In this document: positions 41,058 through 50,842 of the stretch, piece after piece
How positions within the stretch are numbered: position 1 is the first letter of the stretch
Layout of the letters: every line of letters starts with the position of its first letter
NCBI GenBank assembly: GCA_047611925.1
Contig: JBLFXB010000001.1
Coordinates: forward strand, 13,103 to 77,102
DNA from: Polaribacter sp.
Lineage (GTDB): Bacteria; Bacteroidota; Bacteroidia; Flavobacteriales; Flavobacteriaceae
Length of the DNA: 64,000 bases
Direction: 5' to 3'
Notes under the pieces: generated by a model
What the model was told of the DNA's origin: nothing
What the model saw: the letters and a program-made list of their open reading frames with translations, nothing else
Databases searched by the model: none
Made by a program: the position numbers and the translations under genes

Positions 41058-42663
41058 TTTTTTTGTAATATTTCACGACTCTTTCAAGAGTTTTGTTTCT
41101 AACTTTCACTTTATATTTACTTTTTAATTCTTTCAATAAATTTTCTTCTAAATAGTTTTGATAATCATTCATTACCAATCCTTTATTTTTAGACAATTCG
41201 TTAAAGGTATACTTTGTTTTATGAGTATCAAAATAAGATTGCAATCCTTCTTTATCAGTATTAGATCTATCCCAAACTTTATTTTGCATTAAATCAAACA
41301 CTATTAAACCTTCTTCATATTCTTGTAATGTTCTAGCAAATTTGGGTTCTGTATGATTTAAATTCTCTTTAAAGTAGGTTACTACTTCTTGATCTATAAA
41401 CTCTTCAAACAATACATCAACAGGCTTATGTTTTCTATGTCGAATATAATCGTAAAAAATAAGTTGTTCAATCTTTTTCTTATTGATTGTAATTAATGTT
41501 TTATGAAGTGAGTCCCTTTTTTTTGCGCTACTGTTTTTGGTTTCAAAAACTTTTTTAGCTGCTGTATTAATGATGATTTTGTATTTCTTTTTTAGTTTAT
41601 TTAACACCATTAAATCAGACATTTTTGCACCTCCACTAGCCCTTACTTTATCTGTAAGTACTGCTTTTAAATCTTCAAAAGATTTCACTGGATGTTTTTC
41701 AAGAAGCTTTACTATATGCCAACCAAAGCTCGTCAAAAATGGTTTTGTTACGTCATTTTCTTTCTTTAATTCAAACGATTTATCTTCAAAGACTTTCAAC
41801 ATTCTTCCAATTCCGAACTTTGGTAATCTACCAGCGTTAGAAACCGTACCCTTATCATTCGAGTATTTCAAGACTAGGGTATTAAAATCCGCTCCATTTA
41901 ATAAACTCGAATACACACTGTCTATTCTTTGCTTACCTTTTACAGATGTATCTGCAATTAAAATATGTGCAACTTCAATCTGACCTTCAGACAATTGCAA
42001 ATCATTTACTTTTACAAAGTGATATCCAAAACGTGTTTTAAATGGCTTAGAAACTTCGCCTACCTTTGTATTATAAACTGCGTTCTCAAATGGATAGACC
42101 ATTTTAAAAGCAGTGAAGTATCCTAAATTCCCAGAATTACTTTTTACAGATTGATCATCAGAATATTTAAGTGCTACTTTAGAAAATGATTCCCCAGATA
42201 AAACTTCTTCTCTTGCCTTTATAATTTTATTGTAAAACGGCAATGTATCTTTTGGCAAAACTCCTTTTGGAATCTTTACCAAAACATGGCTTGCATTTAC
42301 TTTATGCTTCGTTCTATAATATGCAGTTTTTACAAGCGATGCTAAAAAGGTACTGTCTTGCAAATAAGGTGCAATTAACTGATTCTTATAAGTTTCTATT
42401 TCTCTTTTATAAGCTCTGGTAGCATCTAATTTTAATCGTTTTGCTTCGGCTAACTTTAATTTAAACTTTATGTATAAATCTAAATAATTCTCTACGTCTT
42501 TCTGTTTATCATCAATCAACAACGATAAATTTTTCTCGTAAACATTTTTAAATTCTAAAACGGACACCGTTGTGTTTTCTACATTAAATAGTACATCAGA
42601 ATCTTTTTGTGAATAGATACATGATGAAAAAAATATAAATACAACTAAAATCTTACCTTTCAT
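41050..42663 (-). CDS. Parvulin-type peptidyl-prolyl isomerase (two PPIase domains)
   Basis: ASHVLV...GNLGYF...KTRFGYH and VAHILI...TSFGWHIVKL. Confidence 0.9.
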   Translation of the reverse strand: MKGKILVVFIFFSSCIYSQKDSDVLFNVENTTVSVLEFKNVYEKNLSLLIDDKQKDVENYLDLYIKFKLKLAEAKRLKLDATRAYKREIETYKNQLIAPYLQDSTFLASLVKTAYYRTKHKVNASHVLVKIPKGVLPKDTLPFYNKIIKAREEVLSGESFSKVALKYSDDQSVKSNSGNLGYFTAFKMVYPFENAVYNTKVGEVSKPFKTRFGYHFVKVNDLQLSEGQIEVAHILIADTSVKGKQRIDSVYSSLLNGADFNTLVLKYSNDKGTVSNAGRLPKFGIGRMLKVFEDKSFELKKENDVTKPFLTSFGWHIVKLLEKHPVKSFEDLKAVLTDKVRASGGAKMSDLMVLNKLKKKYKIIINTAAKKVFETKNSSAKKRDSLHKTLITINKKKIEQLIFYDYIRHRKHKPVDVLFEEFIDQEVVTYFKENLNHTEPKFARTLQEYEEGLIVFDLMQNKVWDRSNTDKEGLQSYFDTHKTKYTFNELSKNKGLVMNDYQNYLEENLLKELKSKYKVKVRNKTLERVVKYYKKND

Positions 42664-42686
42664 ATATTACAATAATTATGTGAAGT

Positions 42687-42968
42687 TTATAAAGAAATAA
42701 TACCTTCTATGCTTCCTGCTTGTTTATAATAAGAAATTACCTCATCAGAAGACGCAAGTTCTACTTTTATGGAAATACTAATATATTTACCTGTTTTAGA
42801 TTTTTTTGTGGTAATTCTAGCAAATTTGTCTTTAAAAAGATATTCTATTTGCTCTACTTTTTTTCCTTCTGCAGGAACGATAAATTTATATAAATATTCT
42901 GCAGGAAACTCAGTTGTGTTATCTAAACTACTTTTTAATTTTACGTAAAAACCTTCGGCATCACTCAT
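42687..42968 (-). CDS. DUF493 (YbeD-like) protein
   Basis: FPAEYLYKFIVP, SKTGKYISIS, IISL. Confidence 0.82.
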   Translation of the reverse strand: MSDAEGFYVKLKSSLDNTTEFPAEYLYKFIVPAEGKKVEQIEYLFKDKFARITTKKSKTGKYISISIKVELASSDEVISYYKQAGSIEGIISL

Positions 42969-43050
42969 TTTAAATTATTTTACTTTTATAATTTTTACAA
43001 AATTACACTAAATTATTATTTTTATTATCAGAATCCTTTATTTTTGCAAC

Positions 43051-43581
43051 ATGCAACAAAAAATAGTTATCATTGGAGGGCCAGGAACAGGAAAATCTAC
43101 TGTTTTAAATGAATTAATTTCTAGAGGCTTTCATTGTAAGCCAGAAATATCTAGAGAAGTTATTATTATGGCTCAAAAAAAAGGAATAGATCAGCTGTTT
43201 TTAACGGATCCTTTATTATTTAGCAAACTTTTACTAGAAGGCAGAGAACAACAATATTTAGAAGCTGATAAGCGTACAGATGAAATTGTTTTTTTTGATA
43301 GAGGAATTCCTGATGCACATGCATACATGAATTATTCTAACACAGAATATCCAGCATATTTTATAGAAAAAAGTAATGCCTATAAATATCAAAAAGTTTT
43401 TATGTTACCGCCCTGGAAAGAGATTTTTATATCTGATAATGAGCGCTACGAAAATTTTGAAATTGCAGTAGAAATTAATCATCACTTAAGAAAAACATAT
43501 CAAGAAATTGGATATGAAATTATAACAGTTCCTTTTGGTACGGTTAAAGAAAGAACAGATTTTATTCTAGATTCGCTTTAG
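43051..43581 (+). CDS. AAA_28 / NadR-like P-loop ATPase
   Basis: GGPGTGKST, FFDRGIPD, D.ER.E. Confidence 0.82.
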   Translation: MQQKIVIIGGPGTGKSTVLNELISRGFHCKPEISREVIIMAQKKGIDQLFLTDPLLFSKLLLEGREQQYLEADKRTDEIVFFDRGIPDAHAYMNYSNTEYPAYFIEKSNAYKYQKVFMLPPWKEIFISDNERYENFEIAVEINHHLRKTYQEIGYEIITVPFGTVKERTDFILDSL

Positions 43582-43591
43582 TGCTATAAAT

Positions 43592-45478
43592 ATGACAACC
43601 ATATTACAAACATTAAAAACATATTGGAATCATGATTCTTTTAGAGACCCTCAAGAAGAAATAATTGAGACTGTTTTAAATAAAGAAAATGTGATTGCTC
43701 TTTTGCCAACTGGCGGAGGAAAATCTGTTTGTTTTCAAATTCCGGGCTTGTTAAATGAAGGTGTTTGTATTGTAGTTTCGCCACTAATTGCTTTAATGCA
43801 AGATCAAGTAGATTCTTTAAATGAAAAAGGAATTAAGGCATTGGCATTAATTTCTGGAACTGATCAAGATGATTTAATTGCACAGTTTGATAATATTAGA
43901 TTTGGGAACTACAAGTTCTTATACCTATCACCAGAGAGATTACAATCTACATTCATACAAGAAAAAATCAAACAACTCAATGTCAATTTAATTGCCATTG
44001 ATGAAGCGCATTGTATTTCTGAATGGGGTCATGATTTTAGGCCTTCATATAGAAACATTAATGTTTTAAAAGCTATAAAACCAGAAACTCCTATTATTGC
44101 GTTAACTGCTACAGCAACTAAAAAGGTGATAGAAGATATTTCTATTAGCTTAGAGCTTAAAGACGCTTCTGTATTTAAAAAATCATTTTATAGAGACAAT
44201 TTAGCTTATCAGTTTTTTAATACTGAAGATAAACTCCAACGATTAATTCAGATTTGCACAAAAACAAAAGCGCCAATTATTATTTATGCAAGCAGCAGGA
44301 ATAGAACAAAAGAAATAGCTAGCTTCTTAAATGCAACTAACTTTAAAGCGAGTTATTATCATGGAGGATTAACGCCCAGTGAAAAACAAGCCTCTTTTGA
44401 TAATTGGATTTCTGAAAAAACGCCAATTATTGTTGCCACCAATGCTTTTGGAATGGGCATTGACAAAAGCAACGTTAGAGTTGTTGTGCATATTGATTTA
44501 CCTAATAGTATAGAAAACTACATTCAAGAAGCAGGAAGAGCCGGAAGAGATGGTAAAAAGGCCTTCTCAGCTGTTTTATACAATTCAAATGATATCAGAA
44601 TCTCTTTAGAAAAAATTAAAACTGCATTTCCTTCTATTCAAGAAATAAAAAGCATTTACAAATCTCTTTTTCAAAAATATCAAATTGCAAATGGAGAACT
44701 TTTAGAAGACAGTTTTGAGTTTAACTTACTCGAGTTTTGTAATACTTATAAATACAATTCAGCAAAAGTAGATACTACTTTAAGGCTATTACATAATAAT
44801 GGCGTTGTAGACATTTCCAACAATTACAATAAAAAATCTACCATTCAGTTTCTAGCAACCAGTAATCAAATATTAAATTACACCAAAGCAAATAACACTT
44901 CTAGTAAATTAATAAAACTGTTATTACGTAGTTATGGTGGTGTTTTTGAACAAGAAACAAAAATTAACGAATTTTGGTTGTCTAAAAAAGTTGGCATTCT
45001 CTCTTCTAAAGTCGTAGCGGTTTTAGAGCAATTACATTTAGAAGAAATCATTGATTACAAAAAGGCAACTAAAAATGCTGATCTCTACTTCTTAGTTCCT
45101 AGAGAAGATGATAAAACAATCAATAGTATTTCTAAAAATATTACAAAGTATATTCAGCAAAAAATAAAAAAATCTGAAGACATACTACAACTAGTAAAGA
45201 ATGATGAAGTTTGTAGAAGTTTTCAAATTTTAACCTATTTTAATGAAGCCGGTATTTCTGCATGTGGAATGTGCGATGTCTGTTTAAAAAAGAAAAACAC
45301 ATACCATAATGTTTCATCAAGCATTATTGCCTATCTAAAGAATCAAGAACACGCTAGTTCGCATCAAATCTGCAATCATATTTCTTCTACTGAAGCAAAC
45401 GTTTTAGTAAATTTGCAGCAACTCTTATCAGAAGAGATCATTGCAATTAATAACTACAATCAATATTATATTAAATAA
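43592..45478 (+). CDS. recQ: RecQ family DNA helicase
   Basis: PTGGGKS, DEAHCISEWGHDFRP, ATNAFGMGIDK, QEAGRAGRDG, CGMCDVC. Confidence 0.93.
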   Translation: MTTILQTLKTYWNHDSFRDPQEEIIETVLNKENVIALLPTGGGKSVCFQIPGLLNEGVCIVVSPLIALMQDQVDSLNEKGIKALALISGTDQDDLIAQFDNIRFGNYKFLYLSPERLQSTFIQEKIKQLNVNLIAIDEAHCISEWGHDFRPSYRNINVLKAIKPETPIIALTATATKKVIEDISISLELKDASVFKKSFYRDNLAYQFFNTEDKLQRLIQICTKTKAPIIIYASSRNRTKEIASFLNATNFKASYYHGGLTPSEKQASFDNWISEKTPIIVATNAFGMGIDKSNVRVVVHIDLPNSIENYIQEAGRAGRDGKKAFSAVLYNSNDIRISLEKIKTAFPSIQEIKSIYKSLFQKYQIANGELLEDSFEFNLLEFCNTYKYNSAKVDTTLRLLHNNGVVDISNNYNKKSTIQFLATSNQILNYTKANNTSSKLIKLLLRSYGGVFEQETKINEFWLSKKVGILSSKVVAVLEQLHLEEIIDYKKATKNADLYFLVPREDDKTINSISKNITKYIQQKIKKSEDILQLVKNDEVCRSFQILTYFNEAGISACGMCDVCLKKKNTYHNVSSSIIAYLKNQEHASSHQICNHISSTEANVLVNLQQLLSEEIIAINNYNQYYIK

Positions 45479-46423
45479 ATGAGAGATTTACGTATTGTAT
45501 TTATGGGAACACCAGATTTTGCTGTTACCATTTTAAAGCATTTAGTAGAAAATAAATATACGATTGCTGGTGTAATTACCGCTCCAGATAAACCTGCTGG
45601 TCGTGGTAGAAAACTAAATCAATCTGCAGTAAAAAAATACGCGCTTTCTCAAGACCTTGATATACTGCAACCTACAAACCTTAAGAATCAAGATTTTATT
45701 GATGATTTGTCTGCTTTAAAGGCCAATTTACAAATTGTAGTTGCTTTTAGAATGTTACCAAAGGTAGTTTGGAATATGCCAGAATATGGAACCTTCAATT
45801 TACATGCATCTTTATTGCCAGAATATCGTGGTGCTGCTCCAATAAACTGGGCTATTATTAATGGTGAACATAAAACAGGTGTTACTTCTTTTTTTATTGA
45901 TGATAAAATTGATACAGGAGAAATTATTTTACAAAGAGAGTCTACTATTAAAGAAGATGAAACTGTTGGTGAACTCCATGACACATTAATGTATTTAGGA
46001 GCAGAAGTGGTTTTAGAAACCATTGAACTAATAAAAAATGATACAGTAACCACATACAAACAACCAGAGCTAGAAGAGAAAACAGCGTATAAGTTATTTT
46101 CTGATACGTGTAAAATTGATTGGAACGATTCTATAGAAAACATCTACAACAAAGTTAGAGGACTAAATCCGTATCCAGCAGCTTGGACTACCATATATAC
46201 TAATGAGCAAGAAATCACAGCTAAAATTTATAAAGTAGAGAAAGAGATCGTAAAACATTCAGATGCGTTTGGTAAAATAATCACGACTAAAAAATCATTA
46301 AAAGTTGCCGCTAAAAATGGCTACTTAATTATTCATGAAATGAAGCTATCTGGTAAAAAGAAAATGGATATTCAAAGTTTACTAAATGGTTTTCAGTTTT
46401 CTGTTGCTTCTAAAATGGCTTAA
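45479..46423 (+). CDS. fmt: Methionyl-tRNA formyltransferase
   Basis: VFMGTPDFA, NLHASLLP.YRGAAPI, DTG. Confidence 0.96.
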   Translation: MRDLRIVFMGTPDFAVTILKHLVENKYTIAGVITAPDKPAGRGRKLNQSAVKKYALSQDLDILQPTNLKNQDFIDDLSALKANLQIVVAFRMLPKVVWNMPEYGTFNLHASLLPEYRGAAPINWAIINGEHKTGVTSFFIDDKIDTGEIILQRESTIKEDETVGELHDTLMYLGAEVVLETIELIKNDTVTTYKQPELEEKTAYKLFSDTCKIDWNDSIENIYNKVRGLNPYPAAWTTIYTNEQEITAKIYKVEKEIVKHSDAFGKIITTKKSLKVAAKNGYLIIHEMKLSGKKKMDIQSLLNGFQFSVASKMA

Positions 46424-46613
46424 ACGCCTTTATTGATAAGGATTTTGTGATTTTACCCCTATTTTTTCTTTGGTTATTAACAATTTGACCCCATTTATTA
46501 ACAAAAGCATGTTTTTTTTGAGTCATTTCTTGCACGAACCCTTATTCCTGCTATATTTGTTAAGCTTAGTTAAGCGAAATATCAAATCAATTAATTTTTA
46601 AAATTTACAAATC

Positions 46614-46886
46614 ATGAACAAATCAGATTTAATCGACGCAATGGCTGCTGACGCAGGAATTTCTAAAGCTGCTGCAAAGGCTGCATTAGACTCTTTAACT
46701 TCTAACGTAACTGGAGCTTTAAAAGCTGGAAACAAAGTTGCATTAGTAGGATGGGGAACTTGGTCAGTATCTAATAGAGCTGCAAGAACAGGAAGAAACC
46801 CACAAACTGGAAAAACTATCCAAATCGCAGCAAAAAACGTTGTTAAGTTTAAAGCAGGTGCTGGATTAAGTAGTTCAGTAAACTAG
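46614..46886 (+). CDS. hup: HU family DNA-binding protein
   Basis: MNKSDLI...[10 protein letters not shown]...KFKAG. Confidence 0.96.
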   Translation: MNKSDLIDAMAADAGISKAAAKAALDSLTSNVTGALKAGNKVALVGWGTWSVSNRAARTGRNPQTGKTIQIAAKNVVKFKAGAGLSSSVN

Positions 46887-46908
46887 GAAATACAAAAAAA
46901 TTGTATTT

Positions 46909-46941
46909 AAAAACTCTCTTATTTAATAAGAGAGTTTTTTT
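46909..46941 (+). terminator. Intrinsic terminator after hup
   Basis: AAAAACTCTCTTATT / AATAAGAGAGTTTTT inverted repeat with T tail. Confidence 0.8.
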
Positions 46942-46968
46942 ATTTATAAAAAGTGCTTATATTTAAAC

Positions 46969-47526
46969 ATGGCTATGTTAAAACCAAAAAAAGGAAGATT
47001 GTTAATTGCTGAACCTTCTATTTTAAATGATGACTCGTTTAATAGATCTATTATTCTACTAACTGAGCATAATAAAAAAAATTCTATCGGTTTTATTCTT
47101 AATAAACCGTTAAACTTTACTGTTAACGATTTAATTCCAGAAATTAGTTGCTCTTTTACAGTGTATCAAGGCGGTCCTGTAGAACAAGATAATTTATACT
47201 TTGTACACAAAGCACCTAACTTAATTCCGGACTCTATTGAGGTTGATAACGGTATTTATTGGGGAGGAAATTTCGATTCTTTAAAAGACCTTTTGAATAC
47301 TCAAGAATTAAAAAGTAGTGACATTCGTTTTTTCTTAGGATACTCTGGATGGGACGCTGATCAACTAACAGGAGAATTAAAAACAGACTCTTGGTTTGTT
47401 TCAAATAATGATTATCCAAATATTTTTGCAACAGACAACACTACTATTTGGAAAAAGAAGCTATTACAAAAAGGTGGGGAATATAAAATTTGGGCAAATG
47501 CACCAAGCGACATTCAACTAAATTAA
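46969..47526 (+). CDS. YqgE/AlgH family protein
   Basis: GFILNKP, YQGGPV, RFFLGYSGW...QL. Confidence 0.9.
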   Translation: MAMLKPKKGRLLIAEPSILNDDSFNRSIILLTEHNKKNSIGFILNKPLNFTVNDLIPEISCSFTVYQGGPVEQDNLYFVHKAPNLIPDSIEVDNGIYWGGNFDSLKDLLNTQELKSSDIRFFLGYSGWDADQLTGELKTDSWFVSNNDYPNIFATDNTTIWKKKLLQKGGEYKIWANAPSDIQLN

Positions 47527-48360
47527 TTATTTACCTATAATCTGAAGTAGTTTTAAATTTGAGGACAACTTCTCTCCTATTTCAGTTTTATATTCTTTTT
47601 TTCTGTAATGTGTTACTGGCTGAATTCCAATAATTGAGTTTGTTAAAAAAATCTCATCTGCTTTTTGCATTTCAAAAGGAGAAATTGAGGTTTCTACCAT
47701 AGAATACGCTTCGTTTTCATTCAGAATTTCAATAATCTTTTTTCTAACAACCCCCTTAATGCATCCTTCTTCTAAAGCTGGTGTTTTAATTTCGTTTCCT
47801 TTTACAATAAAAATATTAGCGTTTGACGCCTCTACTATTCCTTTTCTTTCATTAATCAGCACGCAGTTATCCAACTCATTTTCATCCATAAAAATACTAG
47901 CCAAGGTATTCAATATCCTATTCGTAGTTTTTACTGTAGATAACAACCCCGAGTAATTATAAAAATCTTTAAAAAGATCTACTCTATACGCTTTCTTTTT
48001 CTGGTATGTGTTTTCAGAAACTTCAATCAAGAAATCTACTTCATTAGTTAACGGAGTATAAAAACCGCCATCTTTTCTAAAAACAGATAATCGTACTCTC
48101 GCTTTTGAAAAACCATCTTGGGTCATTGCCGTTTTAAGAATTTCTTGCTCTAAAAACTCTAATGTAAATTCCATCGGAATTTCCATACGCAACATACGCA
48201 TAGATGCCATCAATCTAAAATAATGATCTTCCCAGAAAACAATAGTATTATTCTGAATATTCAACGTTTCAAAAATAGCATCGCCATATTTAAAAGCTCT
48301 ATTATTAGAGGTCATTGAAAATTCTGACTGCTTGATAAGTTTCCCGTTAAAATTTAACAT
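47527..48360 (-). CDS. Aminotransferase class IV (PabC-like)
   Basis: RAFKYGDAIFET, H..RL, EASNANIF, GVVR, EIFLTNS. Confidence 0.88.
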   Translation of the reverse strand: MLNFNGKLIKQSEFSMTSNNRAFKYGDAIFETLNIQNNTIVFWEDHYFRLMASMRMLRMEIPMEFTLEFLEQEILKTAMTQDGFSKARVRLSVFRKDGGFYTPLTNEVDFLIEVSENTYQKKKAYRVDLFKDFYNYSGLLSTVKTTNRILNTLASIFMDENELDNCVLINERKGIVEASNANIFIVKGNEIKTPALEEGCIKGVVRKKIIEILNENEAYSMVETSISPFEMQKADEIFLTNSIIGIQPVTHYRKKEYKTEIGEKLSSNLKLLQIIGK

Positions 48361-48436
48361 AAGATGTGTTTAAATTAATGCTTGGCAAAATTAAATGAAA
48401 AGTTATAAATAAACGATATAGTTTCGTTTTAAAAAT

Positions 48437-48468
48437 AAAAAAAAGCTTCATAAAAATTATGAAGCTTT
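48437..48468 (-). terminator. Intrinsic terminator after the START-like gene
   Basis: AAAGCTTCATAA / TTATGAAGCTTT arms with T-run on the minus strand. Confidence 0.7.
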
Positions 48469-48490
48469 AAATTATAAAGTTTAGATACTT

Positions 48491-48874
48491 TTACGCACCT
48501 ATGGTGTGTTTTAATTCGTCTATTTGGTTTTCCCAAAGCATTTTTGCTTCATCTACTTCTTCTTCATCATCTGCAAAATCCGTTATCAATAAAGAAACAT
48601 CCTTTGTTAGAGCATCAACTTCAATTCTAAATTCAAAATAACTCTCATCTCCTTCACTTTCTAACCATTTATATTTTATTTTTTGATCATTTTTACTACT
48701 TATAATTGTAGCTTCTTCTTCTACTCCATCCCATGTAAAAGCAATCATTTTACCTCTTGAATTTACTTTATCAGCAAACCACTCCTCTAATCCTGCTGGA
48801 GTTGCAAAATAGGTATACAGCATATTAGCAGATGCATGTATTGGAAATTCAATTTCAAATTTAATCTTTGACAT
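48491..48874 (-). CDS. START-like/SRPBCC domain protein
   Basis: TPAGLEEWFADKV, F.W.G, ITDFAD, LWENQI. Confidence 0.8.
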   Translation of the reverse strand: MSKIKFEIEFPIHASANMLYTYFATPAGLEEWFADKVNSRGKMIAFTWDGVEEEATIISSKNDQKIKYKWLESEGDESYFEFRIEVDALTKDVSLLITDFADDEEEVDEAKMLWENQIDELKHTIGA

Positions 48875-48983
48875 TTCTTCGTTTATTTGGTTGCCAATAT
48901 AGTTAAATATTCTATTTAAAAAAAATTAAAAAGTTATCTTGCAGCAATCCAAAAAAATACTATATTTGCAGCCGCGTAACCGA

Positions 48984-49057
48984 GGCGAGGTAGCTCAGTT
49001 GGTTAGAGCGTCGGATTCATAACCCGGAGGTCACGAGTTCAAATCTCGTTCTCGCTA
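48984..49057 (+). tRNA. tRNA-Met (CAT), elongator type; CCA not encoded
   Basis: Cloverleaf: acceptor GGCGAGG/TCTCGCT, D-arm GCTC/GAGC, anticodon loop TTCATAA, T-arm ACGAG-TTCAAAT-CTCGT; TATATTTG promoter element at 48961. Confidence 0.95.
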
Positions 49058-49059
49058 CA

Positions 49060-49096
49060 AAAAAACCCAAAACAACTGTTTTGGGTTTTTTATTTT
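49060..49096 (+). terminator. Intrinsic terminator after tRNA-Met
   Basis: AAAAAACCCAAAACA / TGTTTTGGGTTTTTT. Confidence 0.85.
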
Positions 49097-49120
49097 ATTT
49101 TATTAAATATCAGACAAATA

Positions 49121-49150
49121 AAAACCTCTAATACGAGTATTAGAGGTTTT
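49121..49150 (-). terminator. Hairpin terminator downstream of the small ORF
   Basis: AAAACCTCTAATAC-GA-GTATTAGAGGTTTT perfect inverted repeat. Confidence 0.75.
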
Positions 49151-49195
49151 AAATCATCAATCAATGCCCCTCGAATTTGATTGATTTTTTATGTA

Positions 49196-49315
49196 TTATT
49201 TTTTATGAGTGTTTTCTAATTCTGAAATTTTATTTTTGTATTCTCCGATTAACACCAATGATACAATTCCATAAACTAACAGGCTTAGCACTAAGATTTC
49301 TTCTAAAGTTATCAT
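49196..49315 (-). CDS. 39-aa single-TM small protein (MITLEEILVLSLLVYGIVSLVLIGEYKNKISELENTHKK)
   Basis: Manual translation; A-rich start context (AAAACTCAAACATCATG), upstream repeat-containing promoter and downstream terminator. Confidence 0.65.
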   Translation of the reverse strand: MITLEEILVLSLLVYGIVSLVLIGEYKNKISELENTHKK

Positions 49316-49338
49316 GATGTTTGAGTTTTAAGTTATTT

Positions 49339-49425
49339 TAAAGGTATTTTTTATTCTTTTATCTATTAAAAATATTCGTTTAAATGACTTATATAATAGA
49401 CCACTGGTAGTATTAATTAGTTTAA
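49339..49425 (-). promoter_or_regulatory. 21-bp-period direct repeat promoter, site 1
   Basis: Plus-strand 8-mers TCGTTTAA (49376), TAGACCAC (49397), TAGTTTAA (49418); -7-like TACCTTTA on the minus strand at 49346-49339. Confidence 0.55.
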
Positions 49426-49449
49426 ATAGCTTGCATTATTAAATAATAA

Positions 49450-50664
49450 TCACACTCTATTAAAAGATCCAATTACAATAGAATGTTTAAATTTATTTAT
49501 GATGCCTTTTAATACTGTACTTTTATTTTTTCTATATGAAAATGCAATTTGTACCAATTGTCCAATAATCCTAACTGAATCTTTCATTGATAGTTTTGAT
49601 CCATCTACATGTACCCATCTTTTCAATGGTTTCTCACAAATTAACTCTTTTGCTATATTGACTGTATAATACCTTTTCATTCTTAAAAAAATCTCTACAT
49701 CAAATAACCATTTTGTAATAAATTTATCTTTAAACAAAATTTGAATTACATCTTTATTGAAAATTTTAGCACCACATTGAGTATCTTTAAATTGCATAGA
49801 CAAAATCTTTCTAATAACAAAATTGATACTAAGGCTAATAATTTGTCTTGCAGATTCCTTGGCTATATCGGCTCCCATTCTAGAAATTCTAGATCCGCTT
49901 ACAATTTTGTAATTTGAATTCTCTATTGTTGATACTAAATCATCAAAATCAGATAAATCCGTAGACAAATCAGCATCTAAAAAACCAATATAATCTAAAT
50001 CCTTGTGATTGGCCATATGCAACATACCTAACCTTACAGCTTCCGATTTTCCTCCGTTTTTTTCACAATCATACACTGTAATATAATCTTTCCTCCCTTT
50101 TCTAAGAGTCTTTAAAACATCTAAAGTAGAATCTGTACTTCCATCATTTACAAAACATAAATGATATCCAGAGTTTTTATCGATAAAACTTAAAAATTGA
50201 TTGCTTAATAATCTTTCTTCTTCATTATAACAAGGAATTACTACACCAACACACCTTTGTTGAATGATTACATTATTTCCTTTATTTATATAACCCCTTA
50301 TTTTCGGCACTCCAATCAATCGTTTTATTCTAGCACAAACCTCATTTAAACTCAATGGCTTTTTCATATAATCATTGACCCCCAAATCAAAACTTTTTGT
50401 AATCATATCATCTTCTACATTACCAGACAGTACCATAATAGGCACTTGAGATTTTCTTCTTTCCCTTATGCATTTTATAATTTCTATTCCGGAAAGTCCA
50501 GGCATATTGATATCAACAATTACCAAATCAGGTTTAAATGAATCGTATAATTCTAACCCTTTAGAAGCATTTGTTTCTACTTTAATAACATAACCTAATT
50601 CGGTCAACCTTTTTCTTAAAGGGAGTAGTACTAATTGCTGGTCGTCTATTGCTAATATTTTCAT
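49450..50664 (-). CDS. Response-regulator receiver domain fused to GT2 (Alg5/polyprenyl-phosphate glycosyltransferase-like)
   Basis: REC: ILAIDD, VIVDINMP, VLS, YMKKP. GT2: VIPCYNE, NDGSTD, GKSEAV, FLDADLST, GSR, DTQCGAK, WLFDVEI. Confidence 0.9.
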   Translation of the reverse strand: MKILAIDDQQLVLLPLRKRLTELGYVIKVETNASKGLELYDSFKPDLVIVDINMPGLSGIEIIKCIRERRKSQVPIMVLSGNVEDDMITKSFDLGVNDYMKKPLSLNEVCARIKRLIGVPKIRGYINKGNNVIIQQRCVGVVIPCYNEEERLLSNQFLSFIDKNSGYHLCFVNDGSTDSTLDVLKTLRKGRKDYITVYDCEKNGGKSEAVRLGMLHMANHKDLDYIGFLDADLSTDLSDFDDLVSTIENSNYKIVSGSRISRMGADIAKESARQIISLSINFVIRKILSMQFKDTQCGAKIFNKDVIQILFKDKFITKWLFDVEIFLRMKRYYTVNIAKELICEKPLKRWVHVDGSKLSMKDSVRIIGQLVQIAFSYRKNKSTVLKGIINKFKHSIVIGSFNRV

Positions 50665-50694
50665 AATTTAACATTTAAAAAATTATTGATATGA

Positions 50695-50782
50695 TAAAAG
50701 TACTATTGATAGCACAATAAAAGATCTTAATTTGTTTAATCACACTATTAGTTTAGACCAATAGACATTTTGTTAGGATGAC
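50695..50782 (-). promoter_or_regulatory. 21-22-bp-period direct repeat promoter, site 2
   Basis: TTGTTTAA (50732), TAGACCAA (50754), AGGATGAC (50775); -7-like TACTTTTA on the minus strand at 50702-50695. Confidence 0.5.
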
Positions 50783-50842
50783 TGAATAGTAATTTACTTT
50801 TTAAATTATCTATATTTACTATATATAAATTTCTATGTATCA

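Noticed and set aside
37892-42663. MoxR + PPIase cluster as a novel system
   Set aside because: A commonly seen Bacteroidota housekeeping arrangement.
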